This document shows, in pieces, positions 22,027 through 31,986 of a stretch of 64,000 nucleotides of DNA (position 1 is its first letter; each line of letters starts with the position of its first letter). The stretch is from positions 32,001-96,000 of the forward strand of contig CAWGYD010000003.1 of NCBI GenBank assembly GCA_963826785.1, written 5' to 3'. Source of the DNA: an uncultured delta proteobacterium (lineage in GTDB: Bacteria; Desulfobacterota; Desulfobacteria; Desulfobacterales; Desulfosalsimonadaceae). Both the position numbers and the translations under genes were made by a program. A model generated the notes under the pieces. It was not told where the DNA came from and ran no database searches. It saw only the letters and a list, made by a program, of their open reading frames with translations.

Positions 22027-23026
22027 CTGGCTCAATACCCACACCTTCCACCATTCCCGATTTCGGGACATCTCCGCGCTGGTTGAAGCGAAAAACAAAA
22101 AAGAATTGACGATTTCCCTGTGCCTCCCCACGCTGAACGAGGAAAAGACCATTGCCAAGGAAATCGTGATCTTGAAATCGGAACTCATGACCCGGTTTCC
22201 CCTGCTGGATGAGATCGTGGTGATCGATTCCGGATCCACGGACCACACCATCGACATTGCCGGAAGCTACGGCGCAAATGTATACTCGGCCAGCAAGATA
22301 CTGCCCCACCTGGAAAATTTCACCGGAAAAGGCGAAAACCTGTGGAAGGCCCTGTATGTCACCCGGGGCGATATCATCGTCTACCTGGATGCGGACATCA
22401 AAAACATTCATCACCGGTTTGTCTACGGGCTGCTGGGTCCATTGATGCTGTTTGACAATATCCGGTTCGCCAAGGCCTTCTATGACCGGCCGCTTTCCAT
22501 CGAACGGAACAAGATCCGCGCCACCGGGGGCGGCAGGGTGACGGAGCTGATCGTCCGGCCGCTATTTTCACTTTATTTTCCGGAGCTGACCCAGTTTATT
22601 CAGCCCCTTTCCGGGGAATACGCCGGCCATCGAGAATTGTTTGAAAACATCTCCTTTCCCATCGGGTATGGCGTGGAGACCAGCATGATATTAGATATTT
22701 ATGAAAAATGGGGACTCAATGTCATGGCCCAGGTGGACCTGGACCGAAGGGTGCACCGGAATCAGGAAACCCAGGCCCTGGGCGTGATGTCCTTCGTCAT
22801 TTTAAAGACCTTTTTCAACCGGATTCAACGGCTGGGCATCATGGACATCAAGACGCCGCTTTTTGATGAAATGATCCAGTATAAGCGCACCCTGGACAAG
22901 TTTCAGGCCGACATTCACCGCATCATGGGGCATGAACGCCCGCCCATGATCAGCATTCCCGAATACCGGGAAAGATACACAGCTCATCTACACAAGGATA
23001 AAAACGACCCCTATGCCGCTCATTGA
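22016..23026 (+). CDS. gpgS: glucosyl-3-phosphoglycerate synthase (GT81 family)
   Basis: 'LPTLNEEKTI','DSGSTD','GKGENLWK','DADI','GGGRVTEL','QPLSGEYA','GYGVE'. Confidence 0.88.
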   Translation: MTHDWLNTHTFHHSRFRDISALVEAKNKKELTISLCLPTLNEEKTIAKEIVILKSELMTRFPLLDEIVVIDSGSTDHTIDIAGSYGANVYSASKILPHLENFTGKGENLWKALYVTRGDIIVYLDADIKNIHHRFVYGLLGPLMLFDNIRFAKAFYDRPLSIERNKIRATGGGRVTELIVRPLFSLYFPELTQFIQPLSGEYAGHRELFENISFPIGYGVETSMILDIYEKWGLNVMAQVDLDRRVHRNQETQALGVMSFVILKTFFNRIQRLGIMDIKTPLFDEMIQYKRTLDKFQADIHRIMGHERPPMISIPEYRERYTAHLHKDKNDPYAAH

Positions 23027-23997
23027 CCCCTATCAACGCTCCCTGAATTACCTTCGAATATCGATTACCGACCGGTGCAATCTCGGCTGTATCTACTGTG
23101 ACCCTTCCCGGATTGCCGAAAAACTTTCCCACCGGGAGATACTGAGCTATGAGGAACTGCTGCGGATCATCCGGGTGGGGATAAGCCTGGGGATCACCAA
23201 GATCCGGGTCACCGGCGGCGAACCCCTGGTCCGGAAGGGCTGCTGCGGATTTCTCCGGGAGCTTGGGCAGTTTTCATGAACTCACGGACATCTCGCTGAC
23301 CACCAACGGGGTGCTGCTGAAATCCCATATCGACGATATCGCTTCTGCTGGCATCAAACGGCTCAATATCAGCCTGGATACCCTGGATCGGGCAAAATAC
23401 CATCACATCACCGGCGTCGATGCGTTCAAGGATGTCATCGATGCGATTCTGCTTGCCCATGAAATGGGTTTTGCCCCCATCAAGATCAATGCCGTGGTCC
23501 TTTCCAAAATCAACACGGATGAACTGGCCGATCTGGCCAGGCTCTCCATGCTATACCCGTTTCACATCCGCTTCATCGAATACATGCCCCTGGGCGACAA
23601 CCCCGCAGACCCGCTGGGAGAGCAGCTGCTGTTTCCGGAAATTTTTGCACGCCTGGAGCAGCTGGGTCCGCTGATACCGATTGCGCGCGGTTGCCATGAC
23701 GGCCCGGCGCTTCGCTACAGGTACAAAGATGCCAAAGGCGAGGTGGGGTTCATCAATCCCATCAGCCGGCATTTCTGCGCCGCCTGCAACCGGCTGAGGA
23801 TCACCGCCGACGGACGGATTCTGTCCTGCCTCCTGTCTTCGAATTTCGAAGATATCAAGACCCCGCTGCGCGCGGGATGCGCAGATGATAAAATTGCCGC
23901 CGTTTTCCTGCGTGCGGCAAAAAACAAGCCCATGCAGCGGCCCGATGCGATTGTCTCCGGCGCGCGAAATTGCCGGATGGTTTCCATCGGCGGATAA
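23013..23997 (+). CDS. moaA: GTP 3',8-cyclase, apparent 1-nt insertion at ~23271-23274
   Basis: 'LRISITDRCNLGCIYC..TGGEPLVR' and 'TTNG..RFIEYMP..FCAACNRLRITADG..CL..MVSIGG' lie in two frames. Confidence 0.94.
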
Positions 23998-24029
23998 GTC
24001 TCCCCGCTGCGGCGCCGCATGGGCGGGAC

Positions 24030-24063
24030 TTGACAACCGGGATGGATGTGTAAATTTTTACAT
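24030..24063 (+). promoter_or_regulatory. putative promoter and palindromic operator upstream of the efflux operon
   Basis: TTGACA at 24030; inverted repeat TGTAAA-TT-TTTACA at 24049-24062 over the -10 region. Confidence 0.45.
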
Positions 24064-24102
24064 TTACGAAACGATCTAACCCCAATCGAGGACAAACTGC
24101 CT

Positions 24103-25429
24103 ATGAGACGCATCACGCGGGGTCGCAGCGGAACTTTCATTTTCCTGACGCTATTGATGTTCACCACGACGGCTATTTCCGCAGAAGTGCCTTCACCCTG
24201 TGAATACCCACTGACCCTGGAGGAAGCGTTCCGGATCGCCTTGCGGAAAAACGAGCAGTTGGCCATCTCCGGGCAGCAGGTCGCCCAGGCCGAAGCCGAC
24301 CTGACCATCGCCACCGCCCCCCTGCTCCCACAGTTGAACGCGACGGCGGAATCTGTGGAGCGAAGCGCAAACCAGTTCAGCCCGGGAAGCTACAACGATG
24401 TCGGTGTCTCCGGCCAGCAGAGCCTCTTTACGGGGGGCCAAAACTGGTACACCCGGGCGGCCAGCAAGAATACCCTCTGCAGCGAACGCTACCGCCACAG
24501 CCGCCTGAAACAGGAAATCCTGTTTCAGGTGGCCTCCCAGTATTACCAGGCTTTGCTTGCCAAACGACTCATCGAAATATCTGAAAATCAGCTTCACCGC
24601 GCCCAATCCCAGCTGGATCTGGCCAAACAGCAGCAGGAAGTCGGCCTGGTGAACCAGACCGCGGTGCTCCGGGCCAGGGTCGAAGTGGCCTCAGCCCGGG
24701 AAGAGATCATGCGCGCACAGAACCAGTACCAGATCGCGCTGCAGCAGCTTGCCCTTGAGTTGGGCATCGATGCCCCTCCGACCTGCATTGCAGAACCCGA
24801 GGAGATCCGATCTGAAAACATCGCGCCTGACCAGTATTGCCGGATGGCTTATGACAACCGACTGGACGTATCGCAGGCCCAGCGCTCACTGGAAGCCGCC
24901 GTGGATTCGGTAAAGGCCAGCCGCGGCAGCTTTCTGCCGGACCTGTTCGTGGAAGGCAATTATGTACGTGCGGACAACAAGGAATTGTTCTTCAACAACA
25001 ATGAAAACTGGGAAATTTCGCTGCAAGCGGCTTATCCCCTGTTCACCGGGTTTCGAAATACCGGAGAGCTCGGCCGGGCCAAGGCCGCCAGAAAACAGGC
25101 CGCCGCATTCCTCACCCGGCTGAAGCAGGAAATCCAGGTGGATGTTCGATCCACCTGCTATCAGATTCAAACCCAGCAGAAAGTCATCAAAAGCCTGCAG
25201 GACCAGTTGGAATCCGCGACGGCCAACTACGACCAGATCACCGCACAATTCCAGGAAGGCCTGGTCTCCTCCGTGGACGTGGTGGACGCCCAGACCGTGT
25301 TGAATGAATCCGAAAACAGGCTGGCCAATCGCCTATTACCAGCTGCAGGTCAATCAGTTTCAGCTGAGGCTGGCCACGGGATCCATCGGAAGGGATTTGA
25401 ATCTGGTAGAAGGAGACGTGTGCAGATGA
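24103..25429 (+). CDS. TolC family outer membrane efflux protein, apparent 1-nt insertion at ~25330
   Basis: Signal peptide, 'LTLEEAFRIAL', two OEP repeats; natural tail 'AYYQLQVNQFQLRLATG' is in another frame and ends at TGA 25427-25429, overlapping the next ATG. Confidence 0.88.
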
Positions 25430-26556
25430 TCAAACGGATGATCTTCATGATCTTGATTCTGGGGGTGGTATTCGGCGCCATTTTCGGTTACCGGCTGTTC
25501 GTGAATCAGAAGATAAAGGAATTCATGGCCACCCAGCAGGCGCCGCCGGTGAGCGTGGGGGCCATGGAAACGCAAAAAACCACCTGGAACCCGATCCTTA
25601 CGGCAGTGGGGTCCCTGACTGCCAGCAAAGGGGTGGAGGTCACCGGGGAGATCCCCGGCCTGGTGGAATCGATTCATTTCCAATCCGGCCAGCCTGTTGA
25701 CAAAGGAACGCTCCTGATTACCCTGGATACCCGGTCCGACCAGGCCCTTCTCGCAAGCCTGCAGGCTTCGGCAAACCTGGCCGAAACCCAGCTCAAGCGC
25801 ATGAAGACCCTGGTGAAGAAAAACATGGTGCCCCAGTCCGACCTGGACCAGGCCGAGGCCCAGTACAAAAACACCGCCGCTCAGGTCAGGGAACAGGAGA
25901 TTCTCATTGACAAGAAACGGATACAGGCCCCCTTTTCCGGCATCCTGGGGATCCGCCGGGTGGATGTGGGGCAATACCTTTCCCCCGGCACGCCCATCGT
26001 GTCGCTCCAGGCGCTCGATCCGATCTATGCCGATTTCACCCTCCCCCAGCAGATGCTCAACCAGGTGCGGGAAGGCCAGGCCATGGTCATGACCTTCGAC
26101 GCATGGGAGAACCTCGAGTTTAGGGGAAAAATTTCCGCCATCGAACCCCGGGTCAACCCGGATACCCGCAATTTCACCGTACGGGCGACCCTGGAAAATC
26201 CGGAAAGCCGGCTCAAGCCCGGAATGTTCGGAACCGTGGCCATCGAGCTGCCGGCAAAAAAGGATGTGATCGCCCTTCCCCAGACCGCCATCAGCTACAA
26301 CCCCTATGGGGATGTCATTTTTGTCATCGAGAAAACAGGCGTCGATGACCGGGGGAATCCGATTCTCACGGCAAGCCGCCGGTTTGTGGTGACCGGCGAT
26401 TCCCGCGGGGGCCTGGTGGAAATCACCGAAGGGCTTACGCCAGGCGAGAGAGTCGTGGTCGTCGGGCAGAATAAACTCAAGGAAGGTGACCGGGTCGTCA
26501 TCAACAATGAAGTGATGCCCAAAGCCGAACTTTCTCCGGATCTGCCCAATGAGTAG
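25426..26556 (+). CDS. RND efflux periplasmic adaptor (MFP)
   Basis: N-terminal TM anchor, 'IQAPFSGILG', 'LKPGMF', 'GLTPGERVV'; RBS AGGAG upstream of ATG 25426. Confidence 0.92.
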   Translation: MIKRMIFMILILGVVFGAIFGYRLFVNQKIKEFMATQQAPPVSVGAMETQKTTWNPILTAVGSLTASKGVEVTGEIPGLVESIHFQSGQPVDKGTLLITLDTRSDQALLASLQASANLAETQLKRMKTLVKKNMVPQSDLDQAEAQYKNTAAQVREQEILIDKKRIQAPFSGILGIRRVDVGQYLSPGTPIVSLQALDPIYADFTLPQQMLNQVREGQAMVMTFDAWENLEFRGKISAIEPRVNPDTRNFTVRATLENPESRLKPGMFGTVAIELPAKKDVIALPQTAISYNPYGDVIFVIEKTGVDDRGNPILTASRRFVVTGDSRGGLVEITEGLTPGERVVVVGQNKLKEGDRVVINNEVMPKAELSPDLPNE

Positions 26557-26568
26557 GGGTTTTCCACC

Positions 26569-29500
26569 ATGAAATTTACCGATATCTTCATCAAACGCCC
26601 CGTTTTGTCCATAGTGGTTTCTCTTCTCATCCTGCTGATGGGCGGCCGCTCCCTGATGCTGCTCAATGTGCGTGAATACCCGGAAACCACCAACGCGGTC
26701 ATCAGTGTCACCACCCCCTATATCGGCGCCAATGCGGACCTGGTGCAGGGATTTATCACCACCCCCCTGGAGCGGGAAATCGCCAGCGCGGACGGGATCG
26801 ACTATATTCAATCCTCCAGCCTGCAGGGGATCAGCATGATCCAGGCCTATCTCAAGCTGGATTACGACCCCTACAAGGCCCTGACCCAGATCACCGCCAA
26901 AGTCAACAAGGTCAAAGGCGAACTTCCCGCCGGAAGCGAGGAGCCCATCATCGACGTGGCGGTGGGGGAGCAGCGGGCCTCCATGTATATCAGTTTCTCC
27001 AGCAATATCCTCAAGGCCAACCAGGTGACCGATTACCTGATCCGGGTGGTTCAGCCCCAGCTTCAGGCGGTTGGCGGCGTCCAGCAGGCCCAGATTCTGG
27101 GGGGCCGGACCTTTGCCATGCGTATCTGGCTCAAGCCGGAAAAAATGGCGGGCCTGGGCATCACGCCCTCCCAGGTACGGGCGGTCCTGGCGGCCAACAA
27201 TTTTCTGTCCGCCGTGGGCGCCACCAAGGGGGAGATGGTCTCGGTGAACCTGACCGCTTCCACTCAATTGCACAATGCCGAACAGTTTCAAAGACTGATC
27301 GTCCGGGAGAGCGGCAATGCGGTCATCCGGCTGGAGGACATCGCGGATGTGGAACTGGGGGCGGAAAACTACGACAGCCGGGTCTATTTCGACGGGAAGA
27401 ACGCCACCTTTATCGGCATCTCCGTTCTTCCCACCGCCAATGCCCTGACCGTCATCGATGACGTCCGGAAAACGTTCCCCCAGATCCGTTCCCAGCTTCC
27501 CGAAGGCCTCACCATGGAGATTCCCTATGATGCCACCAAATATATCAATGACGCCATATATGAAGTGGAGAGAACCCTGGGCGAAGCGCTGGTCATCGTG
27601 ATTATCGTCATCTTCCTTTTCCTCGGTTCGGTCCGATCGGTGCTGATTCCCGCTGTGGCCATGCCCCTGTCCATGATCGGGGCGGGGCTGATCATGCTGG
27701 TGATGGGCTTTTCCATTAACCTGCTCACCCTGCTGGCCCTGGTGCTGGCCATCGGCCTGGTGGTGGATGACGCCATCATCGTCACTGAAAACATCTATCG
27801 CCACATCGAGGAGGGGGAGCATCCGAAGGCCGCCGCGCTCAAGGGCGCCCGGGAACTGGCGGGGCCGGTGATCGCCATGTCCATCACCCTGATCACCGTG
27901 TACGCCCCCATCGGATTCATGGGGGGCCTGACCGGGGCCCTGTTCACTGAATTCGCCTTCGCCCTGGCGGGCGCCGTGTTCATCTCCGGCATCATCGCCC
28001 TGACCCTGTCCCCCATGATGTGTTCCAAAATCCTGAAGCCGACCCAAAAAGCCCGGGGACTGGTCTATTTTCTGGATCGGCTGTTCGAACGGCTCAAGCT
28101 CGCCTACAAACGGCTGTTGCACAATACATTGAACTATTTACCGGTCACGATGGTGTTTGCAGCGGCCATCCTGGTCAGCTGCTACTTTCTGTATACCATG
28201 ACCCAGAAGGAACTGGCCCCCACCGAAGACCGGGGAATCATCCTGATATCCGCCACTGCCGAACCGAATGCCGCCATCGGCCAGACCTCCCTGTATGCCC
28301 TGGAACTGTACAAAACCCTGGCCGGCTTTCCCGAGACCGACCATGTCTTCATGATCGCCGGCGGAGGCGCTTCCGGCACCGCGGCCACCGGCAATTCCGT
28401 GTTCGCCGGGCAGGTTCTGGCCCCGTGGAGCCAGCGGGAGCGGTCTCAGATGGAGATCAAGCCGCTGGTGCAGCAGAAAATCGGCCACATCGCCGGTCTT
28501 GATGCGGTGGCCTTCGATGTGCCGCCGCTGCCCGGCAGCAGCGGCGGTCTGCCCGTCCAGTTCGTCATCAGTTCCACCCAGCCGCCCATCGAAATCAATC
28601 GGGTCGCCCAGGAGATGCTGGCCGCAGCCATGAAAAGCGGCCTGTTTCTGTATGCGGACACTGACCTGAAATACGACCTTCCCCAGACGGACATTCTCAT
28701 CGACCGGGAAAAAGCCGCGGATCTGGGGCTCACCATGGCCGATATCGGGGCCGAACTGGGGACCATGCTGGGAGGCAACTACGTCAACCGGTTTTCCATT
28801 CAGGGCCGCAGCTACAAGGTCATCCCCCAGGTGGTGAGAAACGCGCGCTTGAATCCGGAGCAGCTGAAAAATTATTATATCCCCACCCGGGATAGAAAGC
28901 TGGTGCCGCTCTCCACCGTGGTTACCCTCAAACAGACGGTGCAGCCCGAACAGCTCAAACGGTTTCAGCAGCTCAATTCCGCCATTCTCTCCGCGGTCCC
29001 GGCACCCAGCGTCTCCCAGGGACAAGCCCTGAACTTTCTGGAACAGAAGGCCGCCGAAATCTTTCCTGCCGGATACCGGGCCAATTATGCGGGCCAGTCC
29101 CGACAGTTCATCCAGGAGGGAAGCTCCCTGGTCTTCACCTTCTTTCTGGCCGTTGTCCTGATCTACCTGGTGCTGGCCGCCCAGTTCGAAAGTTTCCGTG
29201 ACCCCATCATCATCCTTATCACCGTCCCTCTGACCATATCGGGGGCCCTGGTGTTTCTGATGCTGGGATTCGCCTCCATCAACATCTACACCCAGGTGGG
29301 CCTGATCACCCTGATCGGGCTGATCAGCAAGCACGGCATCCTCATCGTGGAATTTGCCAACGATCTGCAGATGGAGGGGCTCTCCAAGCGCGAAGCCATC
29401 GAGGAGGCCGCATCCATCCGGCTGCGCCCCATTCTCATGACCACCGCTTCCACGGTCATGGGCGTCTTCCCCCTGCTGATCGCCGCCGGTCCGGGAGCTG

Positions 29501-29673
29501 TGTCCCGCTTCAATATCGGGCTGGTGATCGCCGCGGGCATGACCATCGGCACCTTGTTTACCCTGTTCGTCGTGCCCGCATTCTACATGGTCATGGCCCG
29601 GATCCATCAGGCCTCGGAATATACCGAAGACACCGGTTCCCCCGTCGATGATACGGGCATTCAGCCCGTCTAA
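26569..29673 (+). CDS. RND efflux permease (AcrB/MexI/MexW-like)
   Basis: 'MKFTDIFIKRPV','GLVVDDAII','LRPILMTT'; 1034 aa. Confidence 0.96.
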   Translation: MKFTDIFIKRPVLSIVVSLLILLMGGRSLMLLNVREYPETTNAVISVTTPYIGANADLVQGFITTPLEREIASADGIDYIQSSSLQGISMIQAYLKLDYDPYKALTQITAKVNKVKGELPAGSEEPIIDVAVGEQRASMYISFSSNILKANQVTDYLIRVVQPQLQAVGGVQQAQILGGRTFAMRIWLKPEKMAGLGITPSQVRAVLAANNFLSAVGATKGEMVSVNLTASTQLHNAEQFQRLIVRESGNAVIRLEDIADVELGAENYDSRVYFDGKNATFIGISVLPTANALTVIDDVRKTFPQIRSQLPEGLTMEIPYDATKYINDAIYEVERTLGEALVIVIIVIFLFLGSVRSVLIPAVAMPLSMIGAGLIMLVMGFSINLLTLLALVLAIGLVVDDAIIVTENIYRHIEEGEHPKAAALKGARELAGPVIAMSITLITVYAPIGFMGGLTGALFTEFAFALAGAVFISGIIALTLSPMMCSKILKPTQKARGLVYFLDRLFERLKLAYKRLLHNTLNYLPVTMVFAAAILVSCYFLYTMTQKELAPTEDRGIILISATAEPNAAIGQTSLYALELYKTLAGFPETDHVFMIAGGGASGTAATGNSVFAGQVLAPWSQRERSQMEIKPLVQQKIGHIAGLDAVAFDVPPLPGSSGGLPVQFVISSTQPPIEINRVAQEMLAAAMKSGLFLYADTDLKYDLPQTDILIDREKAADLGLTMADIGAELGTMLGGNYVNRFSIQGRSYKVIPQVVRNARLNPEQLKNYYIPTRDRKLVPLSTVVTLKQTVQPEQLKRFQQLNSAILSAVPAPSVSQGQALNFLEQKAAEIFPAGYRANYAGQSRQFIQEGSSLVFTFFLAVVLIYLVLAAQFESFRDPIIILITVPLTISGALVFLMLGFASINIYTQVGLITLIGLISKHGILIVEFANDLQMEGLSKREAIEEAASIRLRPILMTTASTVMGVFPLLIAAGPGAVSRFNIGLVIAAGMTIGTLFTLFVVPAFYMVMARIHQASEYTEDTGSPVDDTGIQPV

Positions 29674-29846
29674 ACCGCACTGGCTGCAAGATTGTCGGCT
29701 ATTCAGAGCGATTTTTTTCCGGCCTAACCCATGGCCGGGTGAATAACAGTTGACTACGCACTGCGGGTGAACCATAGTGAATCATGGGAAGAGGTGCATC
29801 CTTTTATCTCAACGACTGATAATCGGTCATTTACAGCTGATTTCAT

Positions 29847-31842
29847 TTGTCAGTCGAAAACACGAACTCCCGAGTATGGAAATATGCCCCGGATCACCTG
29901 AAAGATTCCATCCGTCTTTTTATGAACGAAATCGATACCATCGTCGATTACTTCCTGCGGCTCTTCAGTTACCGGTTTGCCGGTCAGCTGGCAGATCAGG
30001 ATTCGACCCGGGCGGATCGGATACCCAATCCGCATGGCCAGGACCATATCTACGAGCTGCGCCTCAAGACCAAAAACGGAGTGGAAATCCGCCGCATGAG
30101 TCTTAGCCACCTGGGTGAATCGGTGGAAAGCAAAAGCAGCTGCTATAAGATCATCTATGACGATCAGATGGTCTTGAAGATCCCCCCCAAACCCATCGAT
30201 GATTTTTCACTCTACCTGGATAAGATCAACCGTGAACGCATGGTTTCCCAAAGCCTGTGCCCACTGGTCCCCTGCGTGACCCCGGATCTGGCCACCATTC
30301 TGACAAAAGTCCCCGGTCTCCGGCTGAACCCGCCCAGGGGTGAAACGATTGAATCGGAATGCCTCTCTCTTCTCAAATCCCGTCCCCAGTACCGCAGTTA
30401 CCTGATGATCAAAGACGGGTTTGTCTTTTTCATGAATCTTTCGAAATACGCATTTTTCAATCAGGTGGTTGAAAGGATGTATGATGAAAAATCCCGCATC
30501 CAGCATGAGATCATCCGAAACATGCAGATTTTCGATCACCTGCAGGCCTTTGAAACCATATACGGCGATGCCCACGATGAGATTTTTTTCAACATTAACC
30601 GCCTTTTTCTCGAATTCGAAAAAACAGTCGATCGCCACCTGACCCGCTCCCCGGAAAATTGCATGCTTCCCGCCTATCGAAAAAAGGAATGGTTTTTTCA
30701 GCATCTGGCGGCTATCCGGCCGGAGACGGACCCGCAGGAACTGGAAAGATCGATTTCAGTGCGGATGAACCAGGATCTGATGAATTTGATGGGGGAAAAC
30801 AAATCCATCGTCAATGAATATCGAAAAATCGTCTACAGCCATGTCCGAACCAAAATTTTTGAAAATCACAAATCCCGTTTCGAGTCGCTCATCATCAACA
30901 TTTTAAAGCTGCTGAACAATCTTCAGAAACAGAAAGTGGCCGCACGGGATCTAAAGCTGGACAACATCTTTATTTCTGCCGAACCCGACGCCGTGGATCA
31001 ACTGCTGAGGGACCCCAGGGCTTACGATCTGGGGCTGATCGACCTGGAAACGGCGATCCGCCTGGATACCGATTCCGCAGAACCCCTGGCGCAGCCCGCC
31101 CTTGCGGGAACCCCTTCCTACATGACCCCCTCGCACCTGTTCAAAAACAGGACCCTGGCCCGGCTGTTCGGCAATCATCTGCCTTATATCTTCTATCTGC
31201 AGGACTGGTATGCCTCCGTGGGCATGATCTACAAGGTGGCCACCGGGCGGACCCTGTTTGCCAAAACATCCAGGCTGATTCCACAGATCATCCAGATCAA
31301 GCGGGCCGCCATCACCCGCAAGATCTCCATGCGCAAAGTTCTGCAGACCGTCAGTCATCGCTTCTGGAAAAGCGCCTCCCAGGAATTAAACGAGGTCCTG
31401 CATGAAAACGAAGCCCTCTGCCGGATTCAGGTCAAGATCCCCTATGGGGTGGTAGAGATGTTCGACCGATTTCTGCAGCAGGAGGAGCAGGTGATATCAA
31501 ACGCAATCGATCGGTATTTTCGCTCCCAGCCCGCGCTTCAAAAATTTTATACGCCCGCTGCCGACGGGGGTCCGGTGCAGCTGAAGGCCAACTGGGAAAA
31601 GAAAATATTTGATCCGAAAGTCCCTTCCAAATTTCGAAATGAAATGATCCGGCTGATCAAGGAAATCGAGAGGCTCAAGAAGATTGCGGCCTATCATGAT
31701 CAGCTGCGCTCGGATCTGGAGCAGCAGCATCACCGGAGAAGCCCTGATGAGAATCATGTTCGACCGGGTGATCACCGCCATGTACCGCCCCACCTGGCGC
31801 GATTACGGCATCATGGGGCTCGCTAAAGCGACCGCACTGTAA
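29847..31842 (+). CDS. protein-kinase-like protein with large insertion; probable frameshift near 31720-31730
   Basis: 'VLKIPP','ARDLKLDNI','LIDLET','AGTPSYMTP','DWYASVGMIY'; the alternative frame gives a more protein-like tail 'ITGEALMRIMFDRVITAMYRPTW' ending at 31842. Confidence 0.7.
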
Positions 31843-31986
31843 ACCCGCACGACCCTGTTCTGTGTCTTTCTCCTTTTTCCCGTACTTGAAAAATCCTCCA
31901 AAAATCCGTATGATTTTCGTAAAACATGATATCTTCTGGAAAAGACAGCAAATAGGAACAGCGGTGGATTACAGGCGGGAGGCGAC

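Noticed and set aside
13230..23997. Selenocysteine read-through at the TGA breaks in selA or moaA
   Set aside because: The conserved continuation is in a different frame, so in-frame UGA decoding cannot restore either protein.
24046..26556. 836-aa apparent TolC-MFP fusion ORF
   Set aside because: The junction peptide is not protein-like. Removing one base near 25330 restores a normal TolC tail ending at a TGA that overlaps the MFP ATG, which has its own RBS, so this is likely an indel artefact.
25360..29775. Very long antisense ORFs (920 aa and 545 aa) opposite the RND genes
   Set aside because: Shadow ORFs expected from GC-rich codon bias; no recognisable motifs.
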